DNA of 14,093 nt. Origin: Planctomycetia bacterium. Lineage in GTDB: Bacteria; Planctomycetota; Planctomycetia; Gemmatales; Gemmataceae. The notes under the pieces were generated by a model. The model ran no database searches. It had not been told where the DNA came from and saw only the letters and a program-made list of their open reading frames with translations. The position numbers and the translations under genes are program-made. Location of the stretch: NCBI GenBank assembly GCA_016795185.1, contig JAEUIF010000468.1, positions 1 to 14,093 on the forward strand, given 5' to 3'. Positions 1 through 9,400 of the stretch are shown here, piece after piece; the first letter of the stretch is position 1; each line of letters begins with the position of its first letter.

Positions 1-1
1 C

Positions 2-130
2 GTCGGCGGTACCAAGATGAAGATTCACAAGGCGGCCGTCGCCCGCCTGTTCGAGAGCAACGACCAGGTGCTCGACGCCGAGGAGATTTACACGCTGGCC
101 CAGGGGAGAGGGGAGAAATTCGGTTGGTAG
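2..130 (+). CDS. 3' end of an unidentified CDS that starts upstream of the window (...GGTKMKIHKAAVARLFESNDQVLDAEEIYTLAQGRGEKFGW*)
   Basis: Open frame from the window edge to TAG at 128-130. It converges on the minus-strand gene that ends at 145. No family recognised. Confidence 0.3.
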   Translation, partial: VGGTKMKIHKAAVARLFESNDQVLDAEEIYTLAQGRGEKFGW

Positions 131-144
131 CCCCTATGTCCTCG

Positions 145-1344
145 CTACCTCCCGGCCAGCACCGCCGCCAGCCGTTGCCCGACGATCTCCGCCTGGCCTG
201 GTTCCAGCATCCAGGTTGAAACCTCGATGCCGTCGGCGATTAGAGGCCGCACTTCGATCTTCGGTTCTCCCTCGCGTAGCTGTTTCACGACCTCGGCCGG
301 TTTCCGCAGGCTCACGTCCCAGGTGATGCGCAGGTGCGGCACGCGGTTGGCGATGGGCGGCACAAAGGTTTCGGTCTTCACGCCCTGGACCTTGCCGACC
401 GCTGTAGCGATGGTCCGCACGCGCGCTTCCCATTCCTTCCAGACGGCCGCGTGGTCTTCCTTGAGGTAGGCTTCCAGCGCCGCCCACATGCCGACGATAT
501 CTTCCTTATCCACCTTGTTGGTGCGGCCGATGGAGTCCGTGTGCGGGTTGTTGTTCAGCGCTGCGGCCTCGATCAAGTCCTTGCGGCCCAGCAGCAAGCC
601 AGTACTCTGCGGGCCGCGCAGCCCCTTGCCGCCGGAAAAGGTCACGAGATCGTAGCCCATCTTGAGGAAGCGCGACAGGTTCTCGGCGGGCGGAATCTCG
701 GCCGCCGCATCGTTGAGCGTCGGCACCTTCAGCTTCCGGCCCAGCTCCGCGAACTCCTCGACGTGAATCTTGCCGATGGGATCGTTGTCGTTGAAGAACA
801 GCATCAGCGCGGTGCGTTCGCCGACGGCTTTCTCCAGGTCCGCCCGCGACTCCACTTCAATGAGTTTGACGCCGACATTGCGAACGGCGTGGTCGTAGCC
901 GTAGCGGTGCGCCTTCTGGATGATGACTTCGTTCTTCATCCCTGCTGTGTCCGGTAAGCGACGAATTTTCTCCGCGTCCTTGCCCGCCACGCAGGCCGCC
1001 GTGGCGAGCGTGAGGGCCGAGGCCGCGCCGGCAGTCACCAGCGCCGCCTCGCAACCGGCCCGTGCGGCGATGCGCTGGCCCACCGCCTGATGCAATTCGC
1101 CCAGGTTGACGAACTGCCGGGACGCCGACTGCATGGCCTCCAGCACTTCGGGACGCGGCAGCGAACCGCCCAGCGTGGTGTAAGTGCCCGCCGCGTTAAT
1201 CAGCGGCCGGACGCCGAGTTCGCGATACACGTCGCGCCCGCCCGGAGCCGCCGCCTGCAACGACGGAGCCAACCATTCGAGCAGCGGGCCAACGCCCGGC
1301 AAACAGAGCAGCGCCTGAATGAACCCACGACGATGGGGGTGCAT
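145..1344 (-). CDS. SelA-like PLP-dependent enzyme (L-seryl-tRNA selenium transferase family) with Tat signal peptide
   Basis: 399-aa ORF with an N-terminal twin-arginine motif (HRRGFIQALL). The motif VTFSGGKGLRGPQSTGLL resembles the PLP-lysine region FSGDKLLGGPQ of SelA-family enzymes. GGAG lies 7 nt upstream of the ATG at 1344 on the minus strand. Confidence 0.68.
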   Translation of the reverse strand: MHPHRRGFIQALLCLPGVGPLLEWLAPSLQAAAPGGRDVYRELGVRPLINAAGTYTTLGGSLPRPEVLEAMQSASRQFVNLGELHQAVGQRIAARAGCEAALVTAGAASALTLATAACVAGKDAEKIRRLPDTAGMKNEVIIQKAHRYGYDHAVRNVGVKLIEVESRADLEKAVGERTALMLFFNDNDPIGKIHVEEFAELGRKLKVPTLNDAAAEIPPAENLSRFLKMGYDLVTFSGGKGLRGPQSTGLLLGRKDLIEAAALNNNPHTDSIGRTNKVDKEDIVGMWAALEAYLKEDHAAVWKEWEARVRTIATAVGKVQGVKTETFVPPIANRVPHLRITWDVSLRKPAEVVKQLREGEPKIEVRPLIADGIEVSTWMLEPGQAEIVGQRLAAVLAGR

Positions 1345-1373
1345 GCGAAGACTCCGTGGTTGTCGCTTTTCCG

Positions 1374-1437
1374 AAGTTCGTAGTTCCGCCTTCAGGCGGC
1401 GAGTCGCTCGACCGCCTGAAGGCGGAACTACGAACTT
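1374..1437. repeat. Perfect 26-bp inverted repeat (AAGTTCGTAGTTCCGCCTTCAGGCGG / CCGCCTGAAGGCGGAACTACGAACTT) with a 12-nt spacer; a long stable hairpin
   Basis: Arms at 1374-1399 and 1412-1437 are exact reverse complements. The spacer CGAGTCGCTCGA is itself partly self-complementary. It sits between the stop of the 1461-2987 gene and the start of the 145-1344 gene (both minus strand). There is no U-tract on either side, so it is not a canonical intrinsic terminator. Confidence 0.9.
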
Positions 1438-1460
1438 GAATCCGGCTCAAACTTTGAGTG

Positions 1461-2987
1461 TCACGCCAGCGCCGCCCGCGCCCGCTTCACCAGTTCGTTG
1501 TCGCGGTCCTGGGTGCCGTGCAGGTTGAACATGCTCGACGCCAGGAAGCGATTGCGCAGCGCCGGCGTCGCGTGATAGAAATCCTCCAGCGCGGCCGAGC
1601 TAAACTTGTAATCGTGCGAATCGCGGCCTTTGAGAAAGATCAAACGTCGCGCGGCCGTCATCAGGGCCTGCGGGTCGGCGTCGGGCTGTTCGAGGTAGGC
1701 CAGCGTTTTCCGGGCGGCGGCCAGCCGGTCCTTGCTGACTTCCGTCAGCACTTCCTCGATCGCGCCCGGGCCGCTCGCCTGCGGCTTGAGGGCTTCCAGG
1801 GTATCGAGCTTGAGGTCGTCGCGGACTTGGCCGCGCTTCTTCATCGCCTCACGGAACATCGGCAGGAAAGCACCGGCTTGCAGCAGCAGGAAGCGACGAG
1901 TCTCATCGTTCGCGGAATTCTGGAAGCCGAAATACAGAGCGTTCGCCGTCGTGACCGTGTGCAGGCCGACGATGCCCGGCTGACGCATCAGCAACTCGCC
2001 GGCCCCGAGGAAGATGCCGTCCCACACGGAGTCCGGATCGACTTGCTTGTTCAGCAAATCCACGATCTGCTCGGAAACGTCGGCCGGCGAGCCGGTGCGC
2101 AACGTGGACAGGAAGCTCGCGGATGCGCTGGGGTCGGCCTTGCCGCGCTGCCAGTGGGCACGAATCTTCGCGAGCCGTTTGAGGTTGTCGCGCCCGGGTC
2201 GATCCTGTTCGGCGTCGCGCTGGGCGGGTTTGTCGCCCTCGTGGTCGAGCAGGCCGAACGCCAGCGAACGCATGATCGGCTCCGCGTGCCGCCAGCCAAT
2301 GGTCTGCAAGGTCCGCCAGGCATTGGCCACGTAGATGGCCTTGTGGCCGATGTCGCGAAAGTCGCGCGCCCCGAGCCGCCAGAACGCCTCGATGACCTCG
2401 ATGGCCCCGGCGTTACGGACGAACGAGGCGATGGCGCGGTCGGAGCCTTCCTCATCCCAGTTCCCCATCGCTTCGAGGAACCGCTCCCGGGCCTGATGCC
2501 CGGCGGGCAGCTTGGCTTCATCCACCGGCGGCATCGACCAGTTGCCTTCCTGGCGGTTGCGCTCCTGCGAGTTCTTGAAGTAGTCGAGCGACCAGAACAA
2601 CGGCAGCCAGCGGTCGCTGTCCGGAGCCGCCACGGTCGCCAGGTGCGCGGAGTTGACCACCAGCACCGCATGGAACTTGAAACCGACCGGCCGGGGCCGA
2701 ATGCCGCGCACGCCCGCCAGCATCAGAGCGGACAGCAGTTCCTGATAGGTCGTGCCCTTCTTGATCTTGTCGCCCACTGCTTCCAGCAGACGGTTCTGCG
2801 GCGTGTCCTCGATGAGCCGGACCAGCGGCTCGATGTCCGGGCTCAGTTGCACCTTGCCCGGCGCGGCCTTGACGTCGTCGGCCGAGAGCACCGGAAGTCC
2901 GCGCAGAAAAGCAAAGTCGCCCAGGCCCGCGACCGCGGTGGTTTGCAGCGAGCGACGAACGAATTCACGTCGATTGATGCGAGACAT
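1461..2987 (-). CDS. Tat-exported protein of unknown function
   Basis: 508-aa ORF whose N-terminus, MSRINRREFVRRSLQTTAVAGLG, is a typical twin-arginine signal. GGAGGG lies 7 nt upstream of the ATG. Family not recognised from sequence alone (possibly one of the Planctomycete DUF families). Confidence 0.6.
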   Translation of the reverse strand: MSRINRREFVRRSLQTTAVAGLGDFAFLRGLPVLSADDVKAAPGKVQLSPDIEPLVRLIEDTPQNRLLEAVGDKIKKGTTYQELLSALMLAGVRGIRPRPVGFKFHAVLVVNSAHLATVAAPDSDRWLPLFWSLDYFKNSQERNRQEGNWSMPPVDEAKLPAGHQARERFLEAMGNWDEEGSDRAIASFVRNAGAIEVIEAFWRLGARDFRDIGHKAIYVANAWRTLQTIGWRHAEPIMRSLAFGLLDHEGDKPAQRDAEQDRPGRDNLKRLAKIRAHWQRGKADPSASASFLSTLRTGSPADVSEQIVDLLNKQVDPDSVWDGIFLGAGELLMRQPGIVGLHTVTTANALYFGFQNSANDETRRFLLLQAGAFLPMFREAMKKRGQVRDDLKLDTLEALKPQASGPGAIEEVLTEVSKDRLAAARKTLAYLEQPDADPQALMTAARRLIFLKGRDSHDYKFSSAALEDFYHATPALRNRFLASSMFNLHGTQDRDNELVKRARAALA

Positions 2988-3156
2988 GGAAGCGCCCTCC
3001 GGGAAAGGTTCGGTCGGAGACGGCTACACGGGAACCTCAGCATTATACCCACGCGCTCACGGCTACAGCTAGCCGCAGGGTGGCACGTCCTCGGTACTCC
3101 GAGGGCGTGAGAACCGCTGCACCATTCCCAAACTTCAACAATGAAAACGATGTCCG

Positions 3157-4662
3157 CTATTCTTGCGCACTGGCTGGGGCGGTCGTGCCATTGGCTTCCG
3201 ACCGTCGCGCGCCGAACTGGTCCGCCAGCGCGAGTACGCTGGCCAGGAAACCGGCCAGGCCGTCCCCTGGCGCGCCGTCACCGCCGATGTGGACCGAACG
3301 CAGTTCGTCGGGTTTGGGCAGCGTCGCGGCGATCTCCGGCAGCCGGGCGATCAACTGCGCTTGCAGGTGGGCGGAAGATAGGTCGTTGTCGAGGGCGCGG
3401 CGCTGCTTCTCCACGCCCAGGTCGCGCTCGTGGCGAGCGGCGGTTGCCTCATGGACCAGGGTCTCCGTCTGGAGCCGCGCCGCGGTGCGCGAGCGTTCCA
3501 GTTCGGCCCTGAGCTGTTCCAGTTCGGCTTGCTGGCGCAGGGACTGCAACTCTTGCTGCACGCGCCGGCCTTGCACGTCCAGTTCGTGCAGCGCGCGTTC
3601 CAGCTCCGCCTCGCGCCGCGTCTTCTCGGTGGCCGTCTGTTCGACCAGGGCGCGGCGCGCGGTCTGCTGCTCGATGTCGAACCGTCGGACTTTCTCGCTT
3701 TCCTCGCGGTCGAAGCGCTCGCGCTCCTGCTGGCTGCGGACGTCGGCCAGGCGCCGCTCCACTTCCAGTTCCGCGATTTCCCGCGTCTGGCGGTTGTGCA
3801 GTTCCTGTGCGGCAATTTGCTGCTGGGCTTCCAGTTCCGCCAGGCGGGCCAGTTTTTCGCGGTCGGCCCGGAACGGCTTCTGCAAGTTCTCCCAGACGCG
3901 CGTGGAACTGACTACCGCTTCCTTGATTTGCACGGTAACGATCTTCAGGCCGAGCCCCGTCGAGCGGTCGGCGGCCTCGTCGCCCTCCGCCACCGCCCGC
4001 AGGCGGTGCGTCAACTCGGCGATGATCGGCTGCTTGTCGTTGAGGATGGCGTCGATGCTCATGGTGGCCACCTTGTCCTTGATGGCCGCTTCCGCCTGTT
4101 CGCGCAGCTGCACCTTGACGATGCGCATGCGGTCGCCGGGGTCCGAGAAATCGAGCCGCCGGTAGGCCGTCTTCACGTCGTCCACCACCCACTGGACGTA
4201 AGCCTGAACCAGCACTCCCTGGCGTTCGGCGCAGATGCAACGAGCGTTGATGAGCAGAGTTTGCACCGCCGCGGGGATAATAAGAAAGGCATCGGTGGCG
4301 GGACGGTAGTGGAACGAAAGGCCCAGCCCGATGTTGATGGGCTCGGCATGGCCCCGCCGCGTGTGGACGACATAGACATTGGGCGCGACGACGACGGTTT
4401 TCCAAAAGCCAAAGCCGGTAATGCGATAGTCGGACGGCACAATGCCGGCGGCGCCGCCGGCATCTCGGGGTGCCTCATCCTCAATTCCTTTCATCCCCTT
4501 CTTGAACTCGACGATTCCCTTGGCAAGCTCGCGTCCGATCCCTCGCGTGGCGATCTGTACTGGCGCCGGCGGAGCCGGCTGATGCCGAGGTTGCAGGTCG
4601 CGCTCGACCTGGGCCTGTTGATTCATGACCTCGTTGAGATAACTGTTGGCTTGCTCGATCAT
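3157..4662 (-). CDS. SPFH/band-7 domain protein, flotillin-like (YqiK/FloT-type) with a C-terminal Glu/Ala/Arg-rich coiled coil
   Basis: The SPFH core (YRITGFGFWKTVVVAPNVYVVHTRRG ... IVTVQIKE) is followed by an EAELE/RREAELER-type heptad-rich region and a flotillin-like C-terminus. Start is chosen at the internal ATG (4660-4662, codon 26 of the track ORF) because GGGAGAA sits 6 nt upstream; the track ORF runs to 4737. Confidence 0.7.
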   Translation of the reverse strand: MIEQANSYLNEVMNQQAQVERDLQPRHQPAPPAPVQIATRGIGRELAKGIVEFKKGMKGIEDEAPRDAGGAAGIVPSDYRITGFGFWKTVVVAPNVYVVHTRRGHAEPINIGLGLSFHYRPATDAFLIIPAAVQTLLINARCICAERQGVLVQAYVQWVVDDVKTAYRRLDFSDPGDRMRIVKVQLREQAEAAIKDKVATMSIDAILNDKQPIIAELTHRLRAVAEGDEAADRSTGLGLKIVTVQIKEAVVSSTRVWENLQKPFRADREKLARLAELEAQQQIAAQELHNRQTREIAELEVERRLADVRSQQERERFDREESEKVRRFDIEQQTARRALVEQTATEKTRREAELERALHELDVQGRRVQQELQSLRQQAELEQLRAELERSRTAARLQTETLVHEATAARHERDLGVEKQRRALDNDLSSAHLQAQLIARLPEIAATLPKPDELRSVHIGGDGAPGDGLAGFLASVLALADQFGARRSEANGTTAPASAQE

Positions 4663-4756
4663 GATTTGTTCTCCCGAGAACCGAGGTGCCCTATCTGGGT
4701 GTGGACTCGCCCGCCAACAGGTATGAGTCGGGAACACGCGAACGGGTTCGCGATGG

Positions 4757-5836
4757 TTACCGCTTCAGCCAGCGATCCAACCAGTCGTAAGCGACCTGGC
4801 GCACTTCCGACGGGAAGTTATGGTCGCAATCGGGGTAGCTGGCGCTCAGCCGGTCGCCCGCGCCGAGCAGTTCATAGACCGGCCGGGCGGCCCGGATGCA
4901 ATCCTTGACGCCGTCGGGATCGAAGTTGTGGTCCTTCACCGGCGCGCTGGCCAGGAAGGCGCGCGGCGCGAGCGCCGCCGTCACCTCGGTGAAATCGAAG
5001 GGCACCTTCTCCGGTTTGAGGTCGTAAACGGTACGAAGGCGCGGCATGTAGCCGTCGTGGCTCCAGCCCTTCAGGTCGCCCTTCATGTATTTCGGAAAGC
5101 TGCAAAAGCCGCAGTTGGAAACGATACAGCGAATGCGCGGATCGAACGCGGCCACAAACATGCTGTTGTGCCCACCTAGCGAATGGCCGATGACGCCGAT
5201 GCGTTTGGGATCGACTTCCGCCAGCGACTCCAGCAGATCGACGCAACGCATGTGGTTCCAGATGCCCTTCATGGTCGCGCTGACGTAGCCGTGCTGATAG
5301 GGATCGAACTGGTACTCGCCCATGTTGACGTAGTCCGGCGCGAGCGTCACGTAACCGCGTTCGGCCAGGTGGACGGCATAGGCCCGGTCTTCCTTCGGCC
5401 CCAGGCCCACCGCCACGCCTTTGCCCAGGTCGCGGCTGGTGGGGTGCAGGCACAGCACGGCCGGCAGCCTGCCCTTCGCGTCGAGCGGGATCAGCAAGTA
5501 AGCCGGCAGCCGATCGCCCTTCTCGACTGCGAGGGTAAGCTTGCGGCGCAGGTACTTCTCCATCTTCACTTCCTCGACGACTCGCACGTCGAGCGGCACC
5601 TTGCGACTGTCGTCGGGCAACGGCCCCATCACCTGCTGCATGTTCGCCAGGATGTGCGCCCGCCGCTTGGCCCAGTCGTCCGCGCTGCGGACCGGATGTT
5701 CTTTGTTGTCGGCGTCGCGCCAGACAAGGAGCTTCGTTTTGTCGGGATAGGTCGGGGTTGTTTGTGCCAGGCCGCTGCCCGGCAGCGCGGCGACCGCACC
5801 CAGACTAACGAGCAGCAACCTCGCGAATGGCTTCAT
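4757..5836 (-). CDS. secreted alpha/beta-hydrolase (dienelactone hydrolase / acetyl esterase-like), Sec signal peptide
   Basis: GHSLGG nucleophile elbow (GxSxG) in an alpha/beta-hydrolase-like context. The signal peptide MKPFARLLLVSLGAVAALPGSGLAQ begins at the internal ATG (5834-5836), which has AGGAG 9 nt upstream; the track ORF extends to 5896. Confidence 0.62.
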   Translation of the reverse strand: MKPFARLLLVSLGAVAALPGSGLAQTTPTYPDKTKLLVWRDADNKEHPVRSADDWAKRRAHILANMQQVMGPLPDDSRKVPLDVRVVEEVKMEKYLRRKLTLAVEKGDRLPAYLLIPLDAKGRLPAVLCLHPTSRDLGKGVAVGLGPKEDRAYAVHLAERGYVTLAPDYVNMGEYQFDPYQHGYVSATMKGIWNHMRCVDLLESLAEVDPKRIGVIGHSLGGHNSMFVAAFDPRIRCIVSNCGFCSFPKYMKGDLKGWSHDGYMPRLRTVYDLKPEKVPFDFTEVTAALAPRAFLASAPVKDHNFDPDGVKDCIRAARPVYELLGAGDRLSASYPDCDHNFPSEVRQVAYDWLDRWLKR

Positions 5837-5889
5837 CGGGCAAGGCTCCTTGTGGTAGAATGCGCGCAGTCTGCCTGCGAGGACCAAAC

Positions 5890-6156
5890 ATGGCAAGTAA
5901 ACTCTCCGCCCCGAACGACGCCGTTGAAATGTTCCACCGGTTGGTGGAACCGCGCAACGGCTAACTCACCAAGGCTGCGGCGCGCGTCATCCTCGGCTGG
6001 ACATTCGGGGAAGAAGATCGCACCCGCATGAATGAACTGGCCGAGAAGAATCGAGCGGGCGAACTCACGGCGGAGGAGCAAACCGAGTTGCACTGCTACC
6101 TGCGCGTGGGGAGCCTTCTCGATCTGCTGCACTCCAAGGCGCGCTTGAGCCTGTAA
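5890..6156 (+). pseudogene. small ORF (24 codons) with good RBS, followed after an in-frame TAA (5962-5964) by 63 further open codons in the same frame; possible interrupted small gene
   Basis: GAGGA lies 6 nt upstream of ATG 5890. The frame reads MASKLSAPNDAVEMFHRLVEPRNG*LTKAAARVILGWTFGEEDRTRMNELAEKNRAGELTAEEQTELHCYLRVGSLLDLLHSKARLSL*, with no alternative start near the beginning of the second segment. Confidence 0.3.
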
Positions 6157-6204
6157 CGGCAGGCCACTCGATCCAGCCCTGCCAAATCGCCGGTTGGCCT
6201 CAGT

Positions 6205-6455
6205 TCCGGAGCCCCGGAGGGGCGTAAGCGCTGTAGCCCACGGCGCGAGCCGTGGGACAACGATCCCAACCACACCTCAGCCCCGGCGGGGCGGAAGATA
6301 GTCCCAAACGGTTGCTGCACAAGCGAGGTGTCGAGCACGACGAGCCCTGTTCGCGCTGCTGCCTTTCGCCCCTCCGGGGCTGGGTGCATCGAGACGTTCC
6401 GTTCCCACGGCTTGCGCCGTGGGCTACCGTGCTATCGCCCCTCCGGGGCTAACAC
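6205..6455. repeat. Cluster of REP-like GC-rich palindromic units: 15-mer AGCCCCGGAGGGGCG (x3, both orientations) and hairpin CCCACGGC-NNNN-GCCGTGGG (x2); two 47-bp copies in inverted orientation (6210-6256 and 6404-6450)
   Basis: 6210-6256 reads agccccggaggggcgtaagcgctgtagcccacggcgcgagccgtggg. The reverse complement of 6404-6450 is agccccggaggggcgatagcacggtagcccacggcgcaagccgtggg, about 85% identical. An extra 15-mer copy lies at 6367-6381 and a variant cagccccggcggggcgg at about 6279-6295. All lie in the 3' intergenic region before the stop of the 6499-9528 gene. Confidence 0.8.
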
Positions 6456-6498
6456 AGCTTGCGACGCGCTCCAGCCGGGCGTCATTGGTCACTGTAAG

Positions 6499-9400
6499 TC
6501 ACTTCCGCCCCGCCACTCCCAGCAAATACGCGATCACATCCGCCAGGTCTTGCTTGGAGAGTTGCTTTTCCAGTTCGTCGGGCATCAGCGACTTGACCGT
6601 GGCCTGGATCTCGTCGATCTCGCCGCGCAGGATGGTGTCCTCCGCTTTCTCGGCCCGGCGCAGCGTGATGCTGCCGGGGGCGTTGACGGCCAGGATGCCC
6701 GTCAGGAAGCGGCCGTTCTTCGTTGTCACCACGTAGTTCAGGTAGCGCGGATCGACCTCGCGGCTGGGGTCGAGGATGTCGATGACCAGCCCTTCCGGAG
6801 TCTTGGTCTTCAGGGCCGCCAGCAGATCCGCGCCGACCTCCGCGCCTTCGTTCTCCAGGCGGTGACAGACGCTGCAATTCTTCTTGAAGACCGCCTTGCC
6901 ACGCGGCGCGTCGCCGGCCAGGTCCAGAGCGGTGCGGTAGTCGTCGATGACCTTCTGGCGGTCGCCGGTGGTGCGGGCGGCGAAGAGTTGTGCGACGCGC
7001 TTGCGCACCTCGGCATCCGGATGCTTGCGCAGCAGGTCCACGCGGGCGGCTTCGATCTGCCCTGGCAATACCTGCTTCTTCTCGACGGCGTCGAGCAGCT
7101 GCCGCACCCGCTCCGGCCGGCCGAGCAGGGCTTCGACGGCTTCGCGGCGCAGGTCGGGCGGGTAGCTGTTCCACGCAGCCAGCAGCAGGTCGGCGATCTT
7201 CGGGCTGTCCTGGGCGGAGAGAGCACGCACGGCGGCGAGCTGCACTTCCGGTGGGTGCTGCGGCGCGAGCAAGCCCGGCAACACATCGCCGCCGACGGCG
7301 AACGGCCCGACGCCCAGCAGACGCACGGCGGCGAGCCGTTCCGGCAGCGGTTGCTTCTCGTCGCGTGCCGTTTGCGCCGCCCGCTCGAAGAACGGCCGGG
7401 CCTTGCCAACCGCTTCCTTCAGTGCGGGTGAGGGTTCTTCCCAAAGCTTGCGCAGGGGCCGCTGGGCGATTTGCAGTCCTTGTCCCAGCCCGTCCAGCAC
7501 CGCCAGTTGCCAGGCGGGACTGACCGAGTCACCGCCAAGCAGCGTCAGGGCGCGGGCCAGGTCGGCATCGCTGTTGCTCGCGCCGATCAGCGTGGCCAGT
7601 CGGACCACGAATTGCCGTTCCTCGGCGGTCAGGTTTCGCACGAACTCGCGATCCTGGCTCAGCGTCGCCAGCAGGTCCGGCGCCTTGCCCTTCGCGGAGC
7701 TGAGGATCGCCAGCTGGAACCAGGATTGGCCGGCGTCGCGCCGCGCCAGCTTGGCCAGGGCCGTAGTCAATTCGGGAGCATCGGCCGCGCCCAGGGTGAA
7801 GGCCAATTGAAAGCGCACCCGCGCCTGGGCATGGTCCACCAGCGGCGTCATGCTTTGCCGCAGCGTCGCCGATGCGGCCAGTCGGTCCTCGGCCAGCCGC
7901 AGCGCTTGTTCGACGACATAGGGGTTGGCGGCTTTCAGGTTGGCTTCGATCAGTTCATCGTCCAGGGCCTTCAGGCCGTGCAGCGTCCAGAGTGCGTGCA
8001 TGCGGCCTTGGCCCGCCGGCACGCGGTCCAGCACCTTGTCTTCGCGCGCTAGCTTCTTCAAGGGCGCGACGGCGGCCTGGTCGTGGCGTTCGATCAGCAG
8101 CCGCTGGGCGGTCAGCCGTCGCCAGCTGTTTGGGCTGCCCAGCTGCTGGACCAACTCGGCGGCCGATGCCTTGCTCAGGGCGGGCAAGTGCTGCGGTTGC
8201 TGGGCGTCGCGCGCGAGCGTTTCGGGCACGATGCGCCAGATGCGGCCGCGCCCCCGGCTATCCAGGTTCAGCTTCTTTTTGATGTCGTCGGGCAGCGATA
8301 GCGGCGTCTCAATGGCTTCGCGGTAGAAATCACAAACGTAGATCGCACCGTCGGGACCGATAGTCAGGTTGACGGGGCGGAACCAGTTGTCGGTGGAAGC
8401 CAGGAACTCGCAACCCTCATCGGCCCGCTTGGCGGTGAAGATGCTGCCCTGATCGATCAAGATATCCCGATGGATCAAATTGTTCGCCGGCTCGCAGACG
8501 AAGCTCTGGCCGTAGTATGCCTCCGGAAACAGCCCGCCGTTGTAGACCACCGGACTGCACGCGGACGTGATGAAGCCGCCCGGCACCAGTTCCGTGGGCG
8601 AGAAGCGCTTGGAGTCCGTCCCGTCCTTGCGGCGCGTGGTGCGTTCGACGCGCCAGCCTTCAAACGGACTGATGCGATGCACCTGGCAGGCCGCGCCGTG
8701 GTCGGGAATGTCGATGGTCACGGCAGGTACGGCCAGCGCCGGGTTGCGGCGCAGGTAGTGGTCGGACAGCACAATCTGCCGGAGGTGCTGGCTGTTGGTG
8801 GCAGTGAACCAGTGCTGTCCGTCGTCGGCGGCCAGGCCGAACTGCCCGCCGCCGCTGGTCGGTTCCAGGCTGCCCGGCCGCGCCGGCTGGAAGCGGATGC
8901 CCCGGCCCCGCAGCGCCACGCCCGCTCCCAAGCCGTCGCCCGTGATGGTGCCGCCCTTGCCGCCCGCATTGGCGTAGACCCAGTTGTCCAGGCCCCATTG
9001 CAGGCTGTTCAGCAGCTGCTGAATGTTGTCGAGATCGAAGCCGGTGTAGAGGACTTTCTTTTCGTAGCCCTTCGCGGTCTTCTCGAAGTAGAGCAGGTCC
9101 GGAGCGACCGCCGCCAGCAGCCCGCCCTTGTACGGCATCACGGACGTGGGAAAGCGCAGGTTCTCGGCGAACGTGCTGCTGCTCTCGTAGTAGCCGTCAC
9201 CGTTCTTATCTTCGAGCAGCTTGATCTTGCCCGTGGAGATGTCGCCGGTGCCGAGGCCGCCGTTGGGATAGCCGCGCATCTCGGCGACATACATCCGGCC
9301 GTCCTCGTCGAAGGCTAGCGCCACCGGATCGACGACTTCCGGTTCGGCGGCGACCAGTTCGACCTTGAAGCCCTTGAGGATGCGGAAGGTGGCCAGTTCT

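Noticed and set aside
1458-3110. 550-aa + strand ORF antisense to the Tat-exported gene
   Set aside because: Arg/Ala/Gly-rich, low-complexity translation that lies entirely inside a better-supported minus-strand gene. Long open antisense frames are expected at ~68% GC.
3080-4908. + strand ORFs of 361 and 492 aa overlapping the flotillin-like gene
   Set aside because: Ser/Arg/Ala-rich shadow ORFs with no RBS and no domain resemblance. The minus-strand SPFH protein explains the region.
6096-6452. Short ORFs (97 aa -, 66 aa +) over the REP-like cluster
   Set aside because: They are created by the palindromic repeats, so mirror-image peptides appear on both strands. There is no RBS.
6157-6500. 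Possible CRISPR array, judged from the repeated GC-rich units
   Set aside because: The repeats are palindromic, occur in both orientations, and are irregularly spaced with no uniform spacers. They look REP-like, not CRISPR.
6328-7444. 367-aa (+) and 320-aa (-) alternative-frame ORFs inside the 1009-aa gene
   Set aside because: Low-complexity Arg/Ala/Gly translations. The in-frame dehydrogenase/HEAT/cytochrome protein is clearly the real product.
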